A stretch of DNA of 63,596 bases, counting the filler, from Octopus bimaculoides (taxonomy: Eukaryota), in NCBI RefSeq assembly GCF_001194135.2. It is 8 parts of 8 records of this genome, joined end to end, with 100 filler letters (N's around TTAATTAATTAA, not from the genome) between each part and the next. Parts side by side here need not be neighbours in the genome. Positions count along the whole stretch, not along the records: positions 48,116 to 52,571 come from NC_068987.1; positions 52,672 to 60,130 come from NC_069000.1; positions 60,231 to 63,596 come from NC_069002.1; 5 more parts are not named here. One strand, written 5' to 3'. Under the pieces are notes generated by a model, which saw only the letters and a program-made list of their open reading frames with translations, did no database searches and had not been told where the DNA came from. The position numbers and the translations under genes were made by a program. Below are positions 48,116-60,280 of the stretch, one piece after another (positions within the stretch are counted from its first letter, which is position 1; each line of letters starts with the position of its first letter).

Positions 48116-51023
48116 TATTGCCACTGCTGGGGACGTTTTTCATTCTCTTCTAGTTTCCTTTCCGGACCTGGTGGACATCACTTTCAAGCCGGCAAAGCCT
48201 GCTCATTCCACCCTCCATTATATCAAAACAACCGGGCCGCCTGTTTTCTCGCGCCCACGACGTCTGGCACCGGACCGCCTCAAGACGGCTAAGGCCGAGT
48301 TTGAACACATGCTTCAACTCGGCCTGATACGTCCCTCCACCAGCCCATGGGCATCTTCCCTTCATTTGGTGCGTAAAGGTAATTCTGATTTTCGTCCGGT
48401 GGGGAACTATCGGCGACTCAATGCTGTAACGGTCCCAGATCGTTATCCAATTAAGAATTTGCAGGATTTTTCAGCAAATCTACACAGTTGCACTATCTTT
48501 TCCAAGATTGATCTGGTTCACGCTTATCACCAGATTCCAGTTAATCCAGAGGACATTCCCAAAACTGCCATCACTACTCCTTTTGGCTGTTTTGAATTTC
48601 TTTTTATGAGCTTCGGTCTGCAGAATGCGACAAGCACTTTCCAAAGATTTATAGATGAAGTTCTTCGTGGACTTGATTTTGTATTCGCCTTATGTCGATG
48701 ACATACTCATCGCTAGTGATACAAAAGAGAATCATCTCCACCATTAGTCACAACTTTTTCAGCGACTCCGCGCATATAATGTGAAGATAAACCCCGATAA
48801 GTGTGTTTTCGGGCAGTCCTCCCTGGAATTTCTGGGACACTATATTGATTCTAATGGTATCAAACCTCTTCCTGCTAAGGTTGATGCCATTCAACGCATC
48901 GCCCCTCCAACTTCTTTGCGACAGCTTCGCCATTTTTTAAGCATGGTCAACTTCTACAGAAGATTTATAGACCGGTGTGCAAGGTTACTACAAGGCCATT
49001 CTAAGAAGGATGCTCAACTAACTCTTTCTGCTGAGGCGTTGTCTGTTTTTGAGTCCGTCAAACAGGAATTATCCACCGTTCCTGTTCTTGCACATCCGGC
49101 TCCTGATGCTCCGCTCTTTTTATCTGTGGATGCTTCGGATTCTGCGGTTGGTGCTGTTTTGCAGCACACTGTAGATAATNNNNNNNNNNNNNNNNNNNNN
49201 NNNNNNNNNNNNNNNNNNNNNNNNNNNNNNNNNNNNNNNNNNNNNNNNNNNNNNNNNNNNNNNNNNNNNNNNNNNNNNNNNNNNNNNNNNNNNNNNNNNN
49301 NNNNNNNNNNNNNNNNNNNNNNNNNNNNNNNNNNNNNNNNNNNNNNNNNNNNNNNNNNNNNNNNNNNNNNNNNNNNNNNNNNNNNNNNNNNNNNNNNNNN
49401 NNNNNNNNNNNNNNNNNNNNNNNNNNNNNNNNNNNNNNNNNNNNNNNNNNNNNNNNNNNNNNNNNNNNNNNNNNNNNNNNNNNNNNNNNNNNNNNNNNNN
49501 NNNNNNNNNNNNNNNNNNNNNNNNNNNNNNNNNNNNNNNNNNNNNNNNNNNNNNNNNNNNNNNNNNNNNNNNNNNNNNNNNNNNNNNNNNNNNNNNNNNN
49601 NNNNNNNNNNNGCCAGGGAAGAAGAACATCCCTGCTGATGCTCTCTCGAGACTCCCTGTCAGTTCTATTTCCTCTCCTGCAACAATTGATTTACTTGCTA
49701 TTTCGCAGGACCAACCTCCCTTGTCGAAGGTAGATTTAACTTTGCCAAAATTCAACAATTGTAAATTTGTCTATCTTCCGCTCCCTTCATCAGAAGGCTC
49801 TATATTGTGTGACACACCCACCGGTTCTCCTAGGCCTTTAGTACCTGAGAACCATCAACGTTCTGTTTTTGATGCCCTTCATTCCTTGTCACATCCGGGC
49901 ATCTCTGCAACAGTAAAACTTGTCACTGCTCGGTTTTTCTGGCAATCACTTACCACTTGGGCACGCTCTTGCAAGAAGTGCCAGAGTGCGAACAATTTCC
50001 TTCTCCAGAGGCCCGTTTACGCCATGTTCACCTTGATTTGGTTGGACCATGGCCTGTGAGTCGCGGGTTCTCATATCTCTTAACCTGTGGTGATCGTTTC
50101 TCCTGCTGGCCAGAAGCCATTCCTATAGCAGATATTACTTCTGAGACTGTTGTACGAGCTTTCGTTTCTGGTTGGGTTTCTAGGTTCGGCGTACCGTCCA
50201 GCTTGACTACGGATGGTGGTCGACAATTTGAAGCAGCATTATTTCGTGAGTTATCACGAATCCTGGGGGTGCATCATATACGCACCACCAGCTACCATCC
50301 CACTTCTAATGGGATGGTGGAGCGTTTTCATAGGCAACTAAAGGCCGCATTGCGCGCCTCGCCCAATCCGCAGTCATGGACTGAATTTCTTCCTGTTGTC
50401 CTACTTGGATGCCGGACTGCGGTTAAAGCAGACCTTGGTTTTTCTGCAGCAGAATTATTGTATAGTACCACACTGCCATTGCCTGGTACGATGTTGGTAT
50501 CAGACAAATTACAGCCTCCAAATCCAGCGTCCTATGTCACTCGATTACGAGATTATTTTTCTAACCTTCCTACTATGAGTCCCCGGCAACAATCTCCACC
50601 TTCTAAAGTGCCATCAGGCATTGATTCTTGGACACATGTGTTTGTGAGGGATGATTCTGTCAGAGGACTCCTTGTTTCTCCTTATAAAGGACCCTTTCGT
50701 GTGCTCTCTCGCACACCCAAATTTTTTTTAAATAGACGCTGATGGTCGTACGGAGACCGTGTCTGTCGACCGTCTGAAAAGGCGTATTTTGATAAAACTA
50801 CATCTTCCGTTGACAATACTGACATACCCCCTTTTCAGCCTTTGCAAACACCTTTGTCAACACCATCACCAACGCATACACCTTTATCATCACCATCACC
50901 AACACATACACCTGTAAAAAGTCCACCTTCATCGTTGAGAACTACCACAAGTGAACTCTATGTCACTAGGTCTGGCCGTACAGTGCACTGGCCAAAGAAA
51001 CTCTCCAAGACAATTTATATTTG
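48116..51023 (+). mobile_element. Ty3/gypsy LTR retrotransposon pol (RT-RNaseH-integrase), defective; CsRn1-clade-like
   Basis: [13 protein letters not shown]...WASSLHLV...[25 protein letters not shown]; YVDD in a shifted frame at ~48692; RNaseH DASDSAVGAVL; integrase HPG..CKKC, HLDLVGP, TDGGRQF, GMVERFHRQLK; PYKGPFRVL; C-terminal TRSGRTV..P. Several frameshifts and a stop. The clade call is from motif memory. Confidence 0.95.
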
Positions 51024-51334
51024 ACTGCATTGTATATTTTTGCATTTTTCAGCATTCCTTTTGTAAAAAAAAAGGCTCAAACTGTGTTTTTCCCTATCAG
51101 TGCTGAGCACTCAGACATTTCTTGCGCCACTGCATCAATCACAAGTAATAAAGGAACTGCAGTGACGTAAGCAAGAAAAAAAAATTTTACAGCCAACAAC
51201 ACTTACCAAGCTGAACTTGACTTGTGCCGCTGGAATATTATTTTCCATGTGCATTGTGTTACATTGTTGGGTATTTCCATTCTCTGTATTAACAAATTGT
51301 TTCATTTTCATTATATATCTATAGNNNNNNNNNN

Positions 51335-51410
51335 GCCGCCATTGAGGAAGTACAATCTGCGCATGCGCAAAGGACTTGCCTTCCCGGAAGCCCCTCGAGT
51401 GCGCACGCGT
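51335..51410 (-). promoter_or_regulatory. CpG-rich motif cluster (NRF1-type palindrome, ETS, YY1-type), possibly a minus-strand gene start
   Basis: TGCGCATGCGCA 51358-51369; CCGGAAG 51384-51390; GGAAGT ~51346; GCCGCCATT 51335-51343, which on the minus strand reads ATG GCG GC running into a gap. Confidence 0.45.
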
Positions 51411-52144
51411 AGTAAAACTAGTACTTAAACAGTTACTTTCGTTTTATAACCCTCTTGAGCGTGACACCTTCGACGTGACAACACCTCGCTCCTCAACGAA
51501 GCACTCTAAACCACGATGCCATCGATGTGATAGCTACTTGCTCTTCTGGCATGCATCAAGGAAGCTCTTAACCTTCCAATACCAATTACAACATAATCAG
51601 CGGCTGCTAAGCTGAATGACACAGGATTTGTAAAACCAAGCATCATTAAAAATAAAACTTATTTTTATTATGTTGTTAATTGTTCTACTGTTTCTTCATA
51701 TATAATTATGTTGAAAGGTGATAGAGAGAGAGACTAATGTCTCTATTGCAACCATCAACCATTTACACACTTTTTCACGACGGTAAACTACAGTTATCAG
51801 TAGTAGTAGTAGATTTTGTTGTTATTGTTGTTTAGCCCTCGGTCAAACTTAAACTAACAGACCTATGATCAAAAACATTCTAACCATAACCATCGCACCT
51901 TTTATTTTAGATTTCCTGTAACCAGAAATACATTGTCAAATGTCATTTCCCTTCATATGTAAAACGGCAGCGTAATTTTGGTGAGATTTGGCTGTTGTTT
52001 TAAGCAGATCAAATAACCACATTAAAACTTCCTCATTGTAGTTATTGTTTAATCAAATGGTCCCTCACTGGACAGACATGTGAGTAAAAGCATTCGAACG
52101 TGATCATCCCATCTTTTATTTAAGACCATACTATCTAATGTGTC

Positions 52145-52528
52145 TGTAACGGTGATTCGAAACCGAATCGTTAGATACGTGGTCAGACACCACGACCGAA
52201 CCACAATAATTTTACACGATCGGTCTATTAAGAAACCAATTGTTATATGGACTGTTGGATTTGTGTTCGTCTGAAGTCCTGTGTCAATGTGGTTCGTCTG
52301 AGTTCATTGTTTCATTGTTGTTGTCTTGTGTGAGACTGTCGTAGTAAAATGTCATTGATATATATGGCGGACATGATTCTTGTTTATTCATAACGAACAT
52401 TGGGTGAGTGCGTTCTTTGTATGTAATTGAATAATAAATGTAATAATTAAATTGTACAACTCGTTGTGTTTTCTCTGCGAGTCTTCCGAGGGAAATATAA
52501 CAGAGTTTATTGGCGTCGCCGGTAGGAT
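52145..52528 (+). mobile_element. 5' LTR (358 bp) plus primer-binding site
   Basis: TGTAAC...TATAACA (52145-52502); AATAAA ~65 nt from the end; 8-nt spacer; PBS-like TGGCGTCGCCGGTAGGAT (52511-52528). The internal region is lost in the gap at 52572. Confidence 0.65.
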
Positions 52529-52754
52529 ACATGCTTACTTTACCGTAAAATTATTCATCGTAATAACAATGNNNNNNNNNNNNNNNNNNNNNNNNNNNNN
52601 NNNNNNNNNNNNNNNTTAATTAATTAANNNNNNNNNNNNNNNNNNNNNNNNNNNNNNNNNNNNNNNNNNNNATATATAAGCGAAAGAAACACACACGCAC
52701 ACACACACACACACGCATTCATGAACGCAAACTCAGATTTATACAACACAAGCG

Positions 52755-52802
<48 letters not shown>

Positions 52803-53100
52803 CATCTATCTATCTATCTCTGTATGTTCCTGTACATAGATATGTGTATGTACACACACACACATATAAAATATAAAACAAAGCAGAAGATATATGTTTT
52901 TCGTGTTTTTACCGAATAAGAACTGTAACTTAAGAAGGTTCTAACCAATCATTGAACTAATGCTAAAATAGCAAAGAAATGAGTAAGATGAAAAGCGGAG
53001 AAGGCTCAAAAATAACCAGATACTTTTAGATATTTAGAAATATCACGGAAAGAAAACAAGATCAGAAGTTAGCTTAACTTTTAGAAATAGAAATTCAATA

Positions 53101-53135
<35 letters not shown>

Positions 53136-55245
53136 AATAATAATGGTGTACGAATGGAACATAAGTATAATGTTATTAAAGAAAATTTTTTATCGAAGAT
53201 TCTAGGAGGAGTCTGACGCTCAGTATTTCTGAAGGCGTTAGAAAAACCGACGAAGAAGGCAGCACTTCGATTTTAGAGGTAGCCAGTGAATTTATCAAGG
53301 GTCTAGAGGCAGAAAGAAAAGAAATCATATTAGATATTGTATACAAACACTTACGAAAGAAAACATCTACGATTCCAGCTGAACATACTGAATAAAACAT
53401 AGGTGTAGTAGAGAACAGCAGCACTCTTTCAATGTCCACGAAGCAAAGTCGATCGAAGTTAACTTGATCTTTCATTCTTTTGGGCATCGATAAAAAATGT
53501 GCCAATCCATTATGTTGAATTGCAGGAACTTTAAGAATGACAGACTGGGCACCATCTGGTATTTTAGTCTGGCTCTGTGTTCTGAGTTCAAATTCCGCCG
53601 TAGCCTGTTGGAGTGATTGATTTAATCCATTGCCCGGTTTATCCTGGGAATCTTTAATGAAGTCTACTTCGATGAAAGCATTCGGGTCAAGAATCTTGTT
53701 TCAAGATAAACTCTTCCCTCTTTTCCACCCTCATCTTCTATGAGGCCGTGTAACTGGTCATAGGTACTAAATCCACCCCCACCGCTCGAATAAAAGATAA
53801 AAACTCTATAAAGAAAAAACTGAGTAGCCATGGAGACTAATGTCAAACATACGAATGATACCAGGTATGTAGATAAAATACCAGTCTTAATGGACACAAA
53901 GAGTGTGTCCAAAGACAAAATCTAGAAAACAGGTTCGTGCTGAAATTCGACATACAAAGAGTAGATTGCAATTCCATTCTAAGACAAATATTTAGAACAA
54001 AAACAACAAAGATATGACGTCAGTTTATACCAAAGATATAAATACATGCATGTACTTACACTGTGATAGTGAATGTTCGCACAGATAAAGTATGTCAGTA
54101 TCAAAACCCATATTTAGAAGAGAATTTAACTTCTCATTCGCAAACGGAGCATGAAATAGAGAAATACACGGAATAATGCAAATACTAGTCAACAACAAGT
54201 TTAAATGTTATTACCATATGTAACGAGAATTATAGAATATAGTTACACAGCGTTAGTGAAATTCATATAGAATTTAAGAACAAATGACGTGATATATAAT
54301 ATACATATTATCCTTAACTAGGTCTACTATGGAAATTAAAAGATATGTAATCTTTGTGCATCTGGAAGTTATAAAACACTACAAACACTCGTCAACAATG
54401 AGTATTCTAGCAAAGGAAATTTCAAGTAATAGAACAACATAAGAAGAAACGACGCTACAGTAAATACGTTGGTCCTCATAACTATTAGAATTACACAAGT
54501 CACACAAAATGCGTTGCATGAATCAAATGCATACTAACTATAGAAAAGATGAGGCGCATAAAATATTTATCAAAAACGATAAAAAAAATTATACGCTACA
54601 ACACTAAAATTAAATACATTTTTTTATCAATAACATGCTAATTAAGGCAGACGGAAAATCAATTACAGACGTAATAGCTGTAAACTTCATGGCCTTAAAT
54701 ATTGCATTAGCTCTACATATACGACTTTCTACTATCGGTTCACCATGCACTTATGCCGAGGAGCAACTGCAATACTTATCATCACACAACACGAAACAAA
54801 AATAGATAGGAAAACTTTAGCAATTGGCATTTTTATTATCTTCAGAATTCTTCAATAATATATGATTACTGATAAAAACAATACTTATGTCACAAAACAA
54901 CTCTGAAATAAACGCACACCAGTTGCAATTTAGTCGTAGTTACATCACATTAAAAAAATTTCCTATATTAAATATACATTTCCATACACAATGTAAGTAT
55001 TAAAAAAATATATTTAACGAAAATCACATTAAAATTTTATGTTGCAATATCCCTTATTTTGCAAAACATTAACAGATTTTAACCAGTTGAAATTGCTTGT
55101 CACCAACCTCAATTCCGTTACTTGTGATGAAATTAACTGCAAAATCCATGGGTAGTGTCTGTTCTGAATATATCATTTTTAATATTTGTGTGAGTATTAT
55201 TCTAAGGCCCTTGTAGTAGTGTCGTTTGTGGTGGACGCATTCAAA

Positions 55246-55290
<45 letters not shown>

Positions 55291-55336
55291 CATACATACA
55301 TACATGCATACATACATACATACATACATACATACA

Positions 55337-55367
<31 letters not shown>

Positions 55368-55760
55368 GAGTGTGTGTATGTGTGTGTGCATGTTATAAGC
55401 ACATTAAACAATTCCACAAAAATTATAAAAATAATAGCACAGCATTAATGAAATTCTTATAGAGTTTAAGAACAAAAGGCAAAACATATTTACGATTGAA
55501 ACGTTCATTTTATATGCATTGATACGATTACACGAATGCAACGAAACTTATGTTTGCATTTCGAAGCGAGCGATTGTGTCCGAGTAACTGTGAGACATCA
55601 TAGAAGAATATTTAATTGGAATACGTTATAGTTATGTGTAGAGAATATCACGTTGACATGCCATCAGAAAGCGTACGATATATTCGAGTATCAGAGGATA
55701 CTGAAACAATTAGAAGGAATACAGTGAACAGCCCTTGTTTACATTGATTGAAGTAAGATG

Positions 55761-56530
55761 TTTGCTCTTGCTATTTCAGATCGTTGTGTGTGAAAGATTA
55801 TGCACTTTAATTTCAATTATCAAACACATAAGTTCATAATTGTGCAAGAAATAAATCAACGTGTTTAAGAAAGGCAGAAAACATTTGCAGAAAACGTGAT
55901 CATAACATGAATAGTTGGCTTTTCATGAGTTACTAAGCTTATTTGAAAAACAAGCAAAACTTCTCTATTTGTCGGAAAGTGATCCACGACAACTTTATGG
56001 GCGTCCTCTTTACTGTAAATGAGTAATAGCTTGGCAGGCACCGTGTGACAAACTTAAGTAGAAAACACCCACATTTACTTGAAAAGAGCGGGCATGCATC
56101 TGATCGCTATTTATTAATGTTGCAGAACTTCTTTTTCCCAGAAGTGAAGACTTGAAGAGTTAGCATTAAAGTGTGGCATGAATGGTTCCAACAATAAAGA
56201 GCAACTGCCCAAACACTAAGACATTTCATGGGCGTCATTAAAAAAATGTTTATCGTCCATGTCGTTTCCCAGTGCGGTGACATGCTATAGTCTGCTCGGA
56301 CGCCTGATCTTTCGGTTTGTGATTATTTCCTTTGAGACTAGCTCAAAGGGAATGTGCTCTTCAATAAAGTGCGTATATCAGCTGAAATAAACGGTTCTAT
56401 TCATTGGGAAATTACAGTAATACCTCAAGAGAAAACGCGACGCTGAGTGCAGAATTTCCAGGCTAGGTAACAAGTACATGAGCGAGCCAATGGGAGGTAT
56501 CTGGATGGGCTTATTCTCAAAAGGAAATGA
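55761..56530 (+). pseudogene. decayed DD41D (rosa/Visitor-type) Tc1/mariner transposase
   Basis: ALAISDRCV*KIMH...HKFIIVQEIN; NKQNF...PRQLYGRPL; WFQQ*RATAQ...GDML*SARTPDLSVCDYFL*D*LKG...NGRYL. There are 41 residues between the second and third catalytic positions. Confidence 0.7.
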
Positions 56531-56728
56531 AAAATTACTTATGTGTTACTTATGTTTATAAATGCCATACATTGTTCTATATATTTAATCCATAAATTTT
56601 GCGAATATTTGCCATTAATGTATTCGTTTAAAAACAATTAGGCTTCTCTTTTAGAAATTTTACATACATACATACATACATGTATGTATGTATCCGCATA
56701 GATACTTTCACACACAGACACAAACAAA

Positions 56729-57130
56729 TACAGTCTTTCCAAAAATAAACAACTCTTTTAAAGCAGATTTTATTCCTTTATTTACTATTTAATCTTGTCT
56801 TCATCAAAATACTTGCTCCCACTCGTGACACACCACTTCCAACGGGTTTCCTAAGTTATGAACAAGTACTGGATTACGTTGCATGGGTTGATAGCAGTTC
56901 TCGCAGCGAACTTTATCGATCTCTTCTATTACTTGAAATATGTAAACTTCCGGATAGATTTCAACTTGGGGATAAAAAATTTAAGAAAAAAAAAATCTGT
57001 TGGAGCTAGATTTAAAGATAAGATGGCTTGAAGGAGAGAGTCAGCTCTACCACGTCTGTTTCTTTGCACTGCCTCTCTCAATGCTCACCTGCATCAACGA
57101 AGAAGCAATCTGTATATCTTGACATCACAA
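56729..57130 (-). pseudogene. decayed mariner 3' fragment (second family)
   Basis: Minus fragments LREAVQRNR, LNLAPTDFFF..PKLKS and TRWKWCVTSGSKYFDED resemble PDLAPADFFLFPKLK and RW.KC...GG.YFE. Confidence 0.65.
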
Positions 57131-57155
57131 TCATTGAAACTTACATTTCTTCATA

Positions 57156-58443
57156 TCAGGTCATCCCATAAGTTCTGTCCGAATTTTGAATAAAGAAAAT
57201 TAGTGATCAAATGTTATATTTAAATGAAATTTAATCATCAATGTATTTTTCCTGGTTATCTATGACTTTCTTCCATCTATTTACAAGCATTTTCATCCCA
57301 TCAATGTAAAACTCTTTCGGTTTCAAAGCGAAGAACTCTGAAATGTCAGTTTCGACCTCTTCCTGGCTTGCGAAAGTTATGTCCCCCAAATGATTCTGTA
57401 AACTACGAAACAAATGGTAGTCTGAAGGAGTAAGGTCGGGAGAATAAGGTGGATGAGGAATTTTTTCCCAACCAAGCTCTTCGATCTTCTGCGATGTGAT
57501 CTTTGCAGTGTGGAGTCGCGCATTACCCTGATAGAACATCACTTCATTTCGATTCACTAAAGCAGGTCTTTTTTTCTTCAAAGCTTGGTTCAAATGCTCT
57601 AATTGCTGACAGTAGGCTTGAGCATTGATTGTTGCATTAGGTGGTAACAATTCAAAGTGAATTACTCCTTTGCAATCCCACCAGATAGAGAGAAGAACCT
57701 TTTTTCCCATGAAGTTCCCTTTTCGGTTGTGGTTGAGCTTTTTCCCTTTTACCAAGCCACTGCTTACGACGTTTAACATTTCGATAGAAGATCCATTTTT
57801 CGTCACCAGTCACAAGTCTATCCAAAAAGGGTGAAATGAGTTCGCGAGAATGGAGAGAGGAGCAGATGTCAACTCGGGATTTGCGGTTGCTTTCGGACAA
57901 CTCATGAGGCATCCATTTTTCCTGTTTAGGAACCTTTCCAAGTTGTTGAAGATGACGATGAACAGTTGTATGGTTTAAACCAAGCTTTATTGCCAATTCT
58001 TCAACTGATAATGCAGGATTTTCTTCAAGTAGTGCCTCAAGGAGCTTATCATCAAACTCAACTGGGCGTCCTGTTCGAGATTCATCGTCAAGGCTGAAAT
58101 CTCCGCTTCTGAATTTTGCAAACTATCTTCTGCAAGTTCTTTCATTCAAGCATTCTTTCCCATAAACTGAGTGTATGTTTCGAGTCACTTCGGCTGCAGA
58201 GTTTCCTTTTTTGTACTCATAAAGCATTACGTGCCTCAAATGCTCTTTGGGTACTTCCATGTTAGAAAGTATTTTAATCAAAGAAATTTAAATTCTAATA
58301 TTCTGTAAAATAATATTCAATTAGTTTAAATGTACACAAATGCATAAAAATAATTTTTAATTCCATTAGACATTCTTAAATACTATTAAATTTCATTCAA
58401 TTTTAAAAAGGTAAAACCGGACAGAACTTATGGGATGACCTGA
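57156..58443 (-). mobile_element. full-length DD34D mariner transposon (1288 bp)
   Basis: Perfect 26-bp TIRs tcaggtcatcccataagttctgtccg (57156-57181 / 58418-58443); TA TSD at 57154-57155 and 58444-58445. Confidence 0.97.
57231..58260 (-). pseudogene. mariner transposase, inactivated
   Basis: MEVPKEHLRH... with WMPHEL, TGDEKW and YSPDLTPSD motifs. Lesions: a premature TAG (RR*F), a +1 A frameshift in GKK, and the second catalytic D replaced by G (QGNAR). D-to-D spacing is 34. Confidence 0.93.
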
Positions 58444-58920
58444 TATTACGAACTCTTCAGAGAGTTTTCATCAGCATTCCAACGAACAAAACAATTTCTA
58501 ACTAACAGTAAATTAGGTTTCTTTTTTTCTTTTTTCAACATCTATCAGCAGACGCAGTCCAAATTTTACGGGAACATGATACATTTGCAAGTTTTCTTTT
58601 TAAGTCATGTGACATGCACTTTTACAGATGTTTACTATTTCTAAAACTTCACAGATAGTCAGGCATATGATTTTCACGGAACACTGTAAATACCTTTGTA
58701 ATGCGATCGTCATCCACTTACATGATACCAAGCGATTCCCATAGATGACCATTTATTCTCATCACCGAGCGGATATCACTGTACATTGGTAGCGATCCAA
58801 CCGCTGAAGACGGGACCGAAACTAACAGCCGTGATAAGACCCAGCAGATATTGATGGTCAATTCTATCAAATGTTTTCTCCCTAGTTCTCCCTAGTTCTG
58901 CTTCAAGATCGATTATCCTT

Positions 58921-59175
58921 CGCATGAGCTGGTACGTCTCCCGCTAGATCATCCTACCAGGGCTTTTACTCCCGTTCGACGCAACAGTTGCTGGTTGGAA
59001 GAAGCCCCGCACTAGATGGCTTTGATGTGATTGAAGAATATCTCCAGAGGTTCGTGGTCAAGTTGGAAGATGCATAGGGGCTGACACGGGACCGCCAGCG
59101 ATGGAGAGCATTGGTTGACTCTGGGAAACCTCTGGGACCACTAAATTGGAATGGCCCCAGCCCCATCAAGAGTAT
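58921..59175 (+). pseudogene. RTE LINE C-terminal fragment
   Basis: ELVRLPLDHPTRA... then TRWL/DVIEEYLQRFVVKLEDA*GLTRDRQRWRALV, the typical RTE W.D.I..DL...A.DR..WR ending. Confidence 0.65.
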
Positions 59176-59632
59176 GAAGCCGAGCCAAGCCTTAGTGCTG
59201 CTTCAAAATCCCAATCAGTTCGCATCACATTTTGTACCTTTTCTATGTTGGAGAGCGACACAGATAGCCGGGTAACTAACACAAAAGTTATTTCTCCTGC
59301 TTTCATATTTTTGTCGGCACAACATTAGTATGGTGAGGTTTGTTGTGGAATGGTAACAATTTTGCAGTTGGGTATGAGTTACAAGTATAAATTAGTTGTA
59401 GAGGGGTCGATTAGTAGTGGTACTCTTCGCGTTGATGCTGCTAATGTTGGTTTTAGCGATGGTATTGAAAGAGAAGGCAAAGAGTGAAAGAGGAAGAATT
59501 AGAACGAGTTAAAGTATGAGTTATAACGTAAATGATAAGGAGGCGGAGAAGAGAGGGAGCAATGAAAAATAAAAGGAAGAGACAAAGAAGTCCTAAGAGA
59601 ATATTGAAAAGGAGGGAGGTAGAGAAAGACAA

Positions 59633-59665
<33 letters not shown>

Positions 59666-59940
59666 AAAAAAAAAGAGGGAGAAAGAGAGAGTAAAGACAG
59701 AAGACATGTAAGAACGTATACAAACGAGTTTCGGTAATAAGAAAAGAGAGAGGCGTGGGAGTCAGAAGTGTTATGAAAGCATGTGCGAATTTGGAGGCTT
59801 TCTTTAAAAAAATAGTTGCAGATTGTATGAATAAATGCGCATACGTATGCACACTCGTGCGCACACGCCCGCACACATACATACATACATACATACATGC
59901 ATTTATAAGACACACACATACACATAAACTCATATATACG

Positions 59941-60083
59941 CATATTTCCGCCAAGCAAATTCACTCAGAAGCCCTTGGCCGGCGCGGTTGTATAGGAGAA
60001 GACATTTGCTCATGGTAGCACGAAGTCGGACGAAACCTAAAACCAAGAGATTGGGAAGCTAATTTCTTACGACACAGCCATGC
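59941..60083 (-). mobile_element. SINE family A head (decayed)
   Basis: Reverse-complement similarity to the A head. Confidence 0.6.
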
Positions 60084-60089
60084 AGTATA

Positions 60090-60130
<41 letters not shown>

Positions 60131-60230
60131 NNNNNNNNNNNNNNNNNNNNNNNNNNNNNNNNNNNNNNNNNNNNTTAATTAATTAANNNNNNNNNNNNNN
60201 NNNNNNNNNNNNNNNNNNNNNNNNNNNNNN

Positions 60231-60280
<50 letters not shown>

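Noticed and set aside
53830-53864. gccATGG...AG|GTATGT (METNVKHTNDT) as a first exon splicing to 63112
   Set aside because: It is phase-compatible, but the acceptor has no pyrimidine tract, the exon is only 35 nt and a linker gap intervenes; support is insufficient.
58805-58835. CTGAAGA-cgggacc-GAAAC as a hammerhead
   Set aside because: There is no stem III or NUH site, and the flanks pair with the CTG of the core instead.
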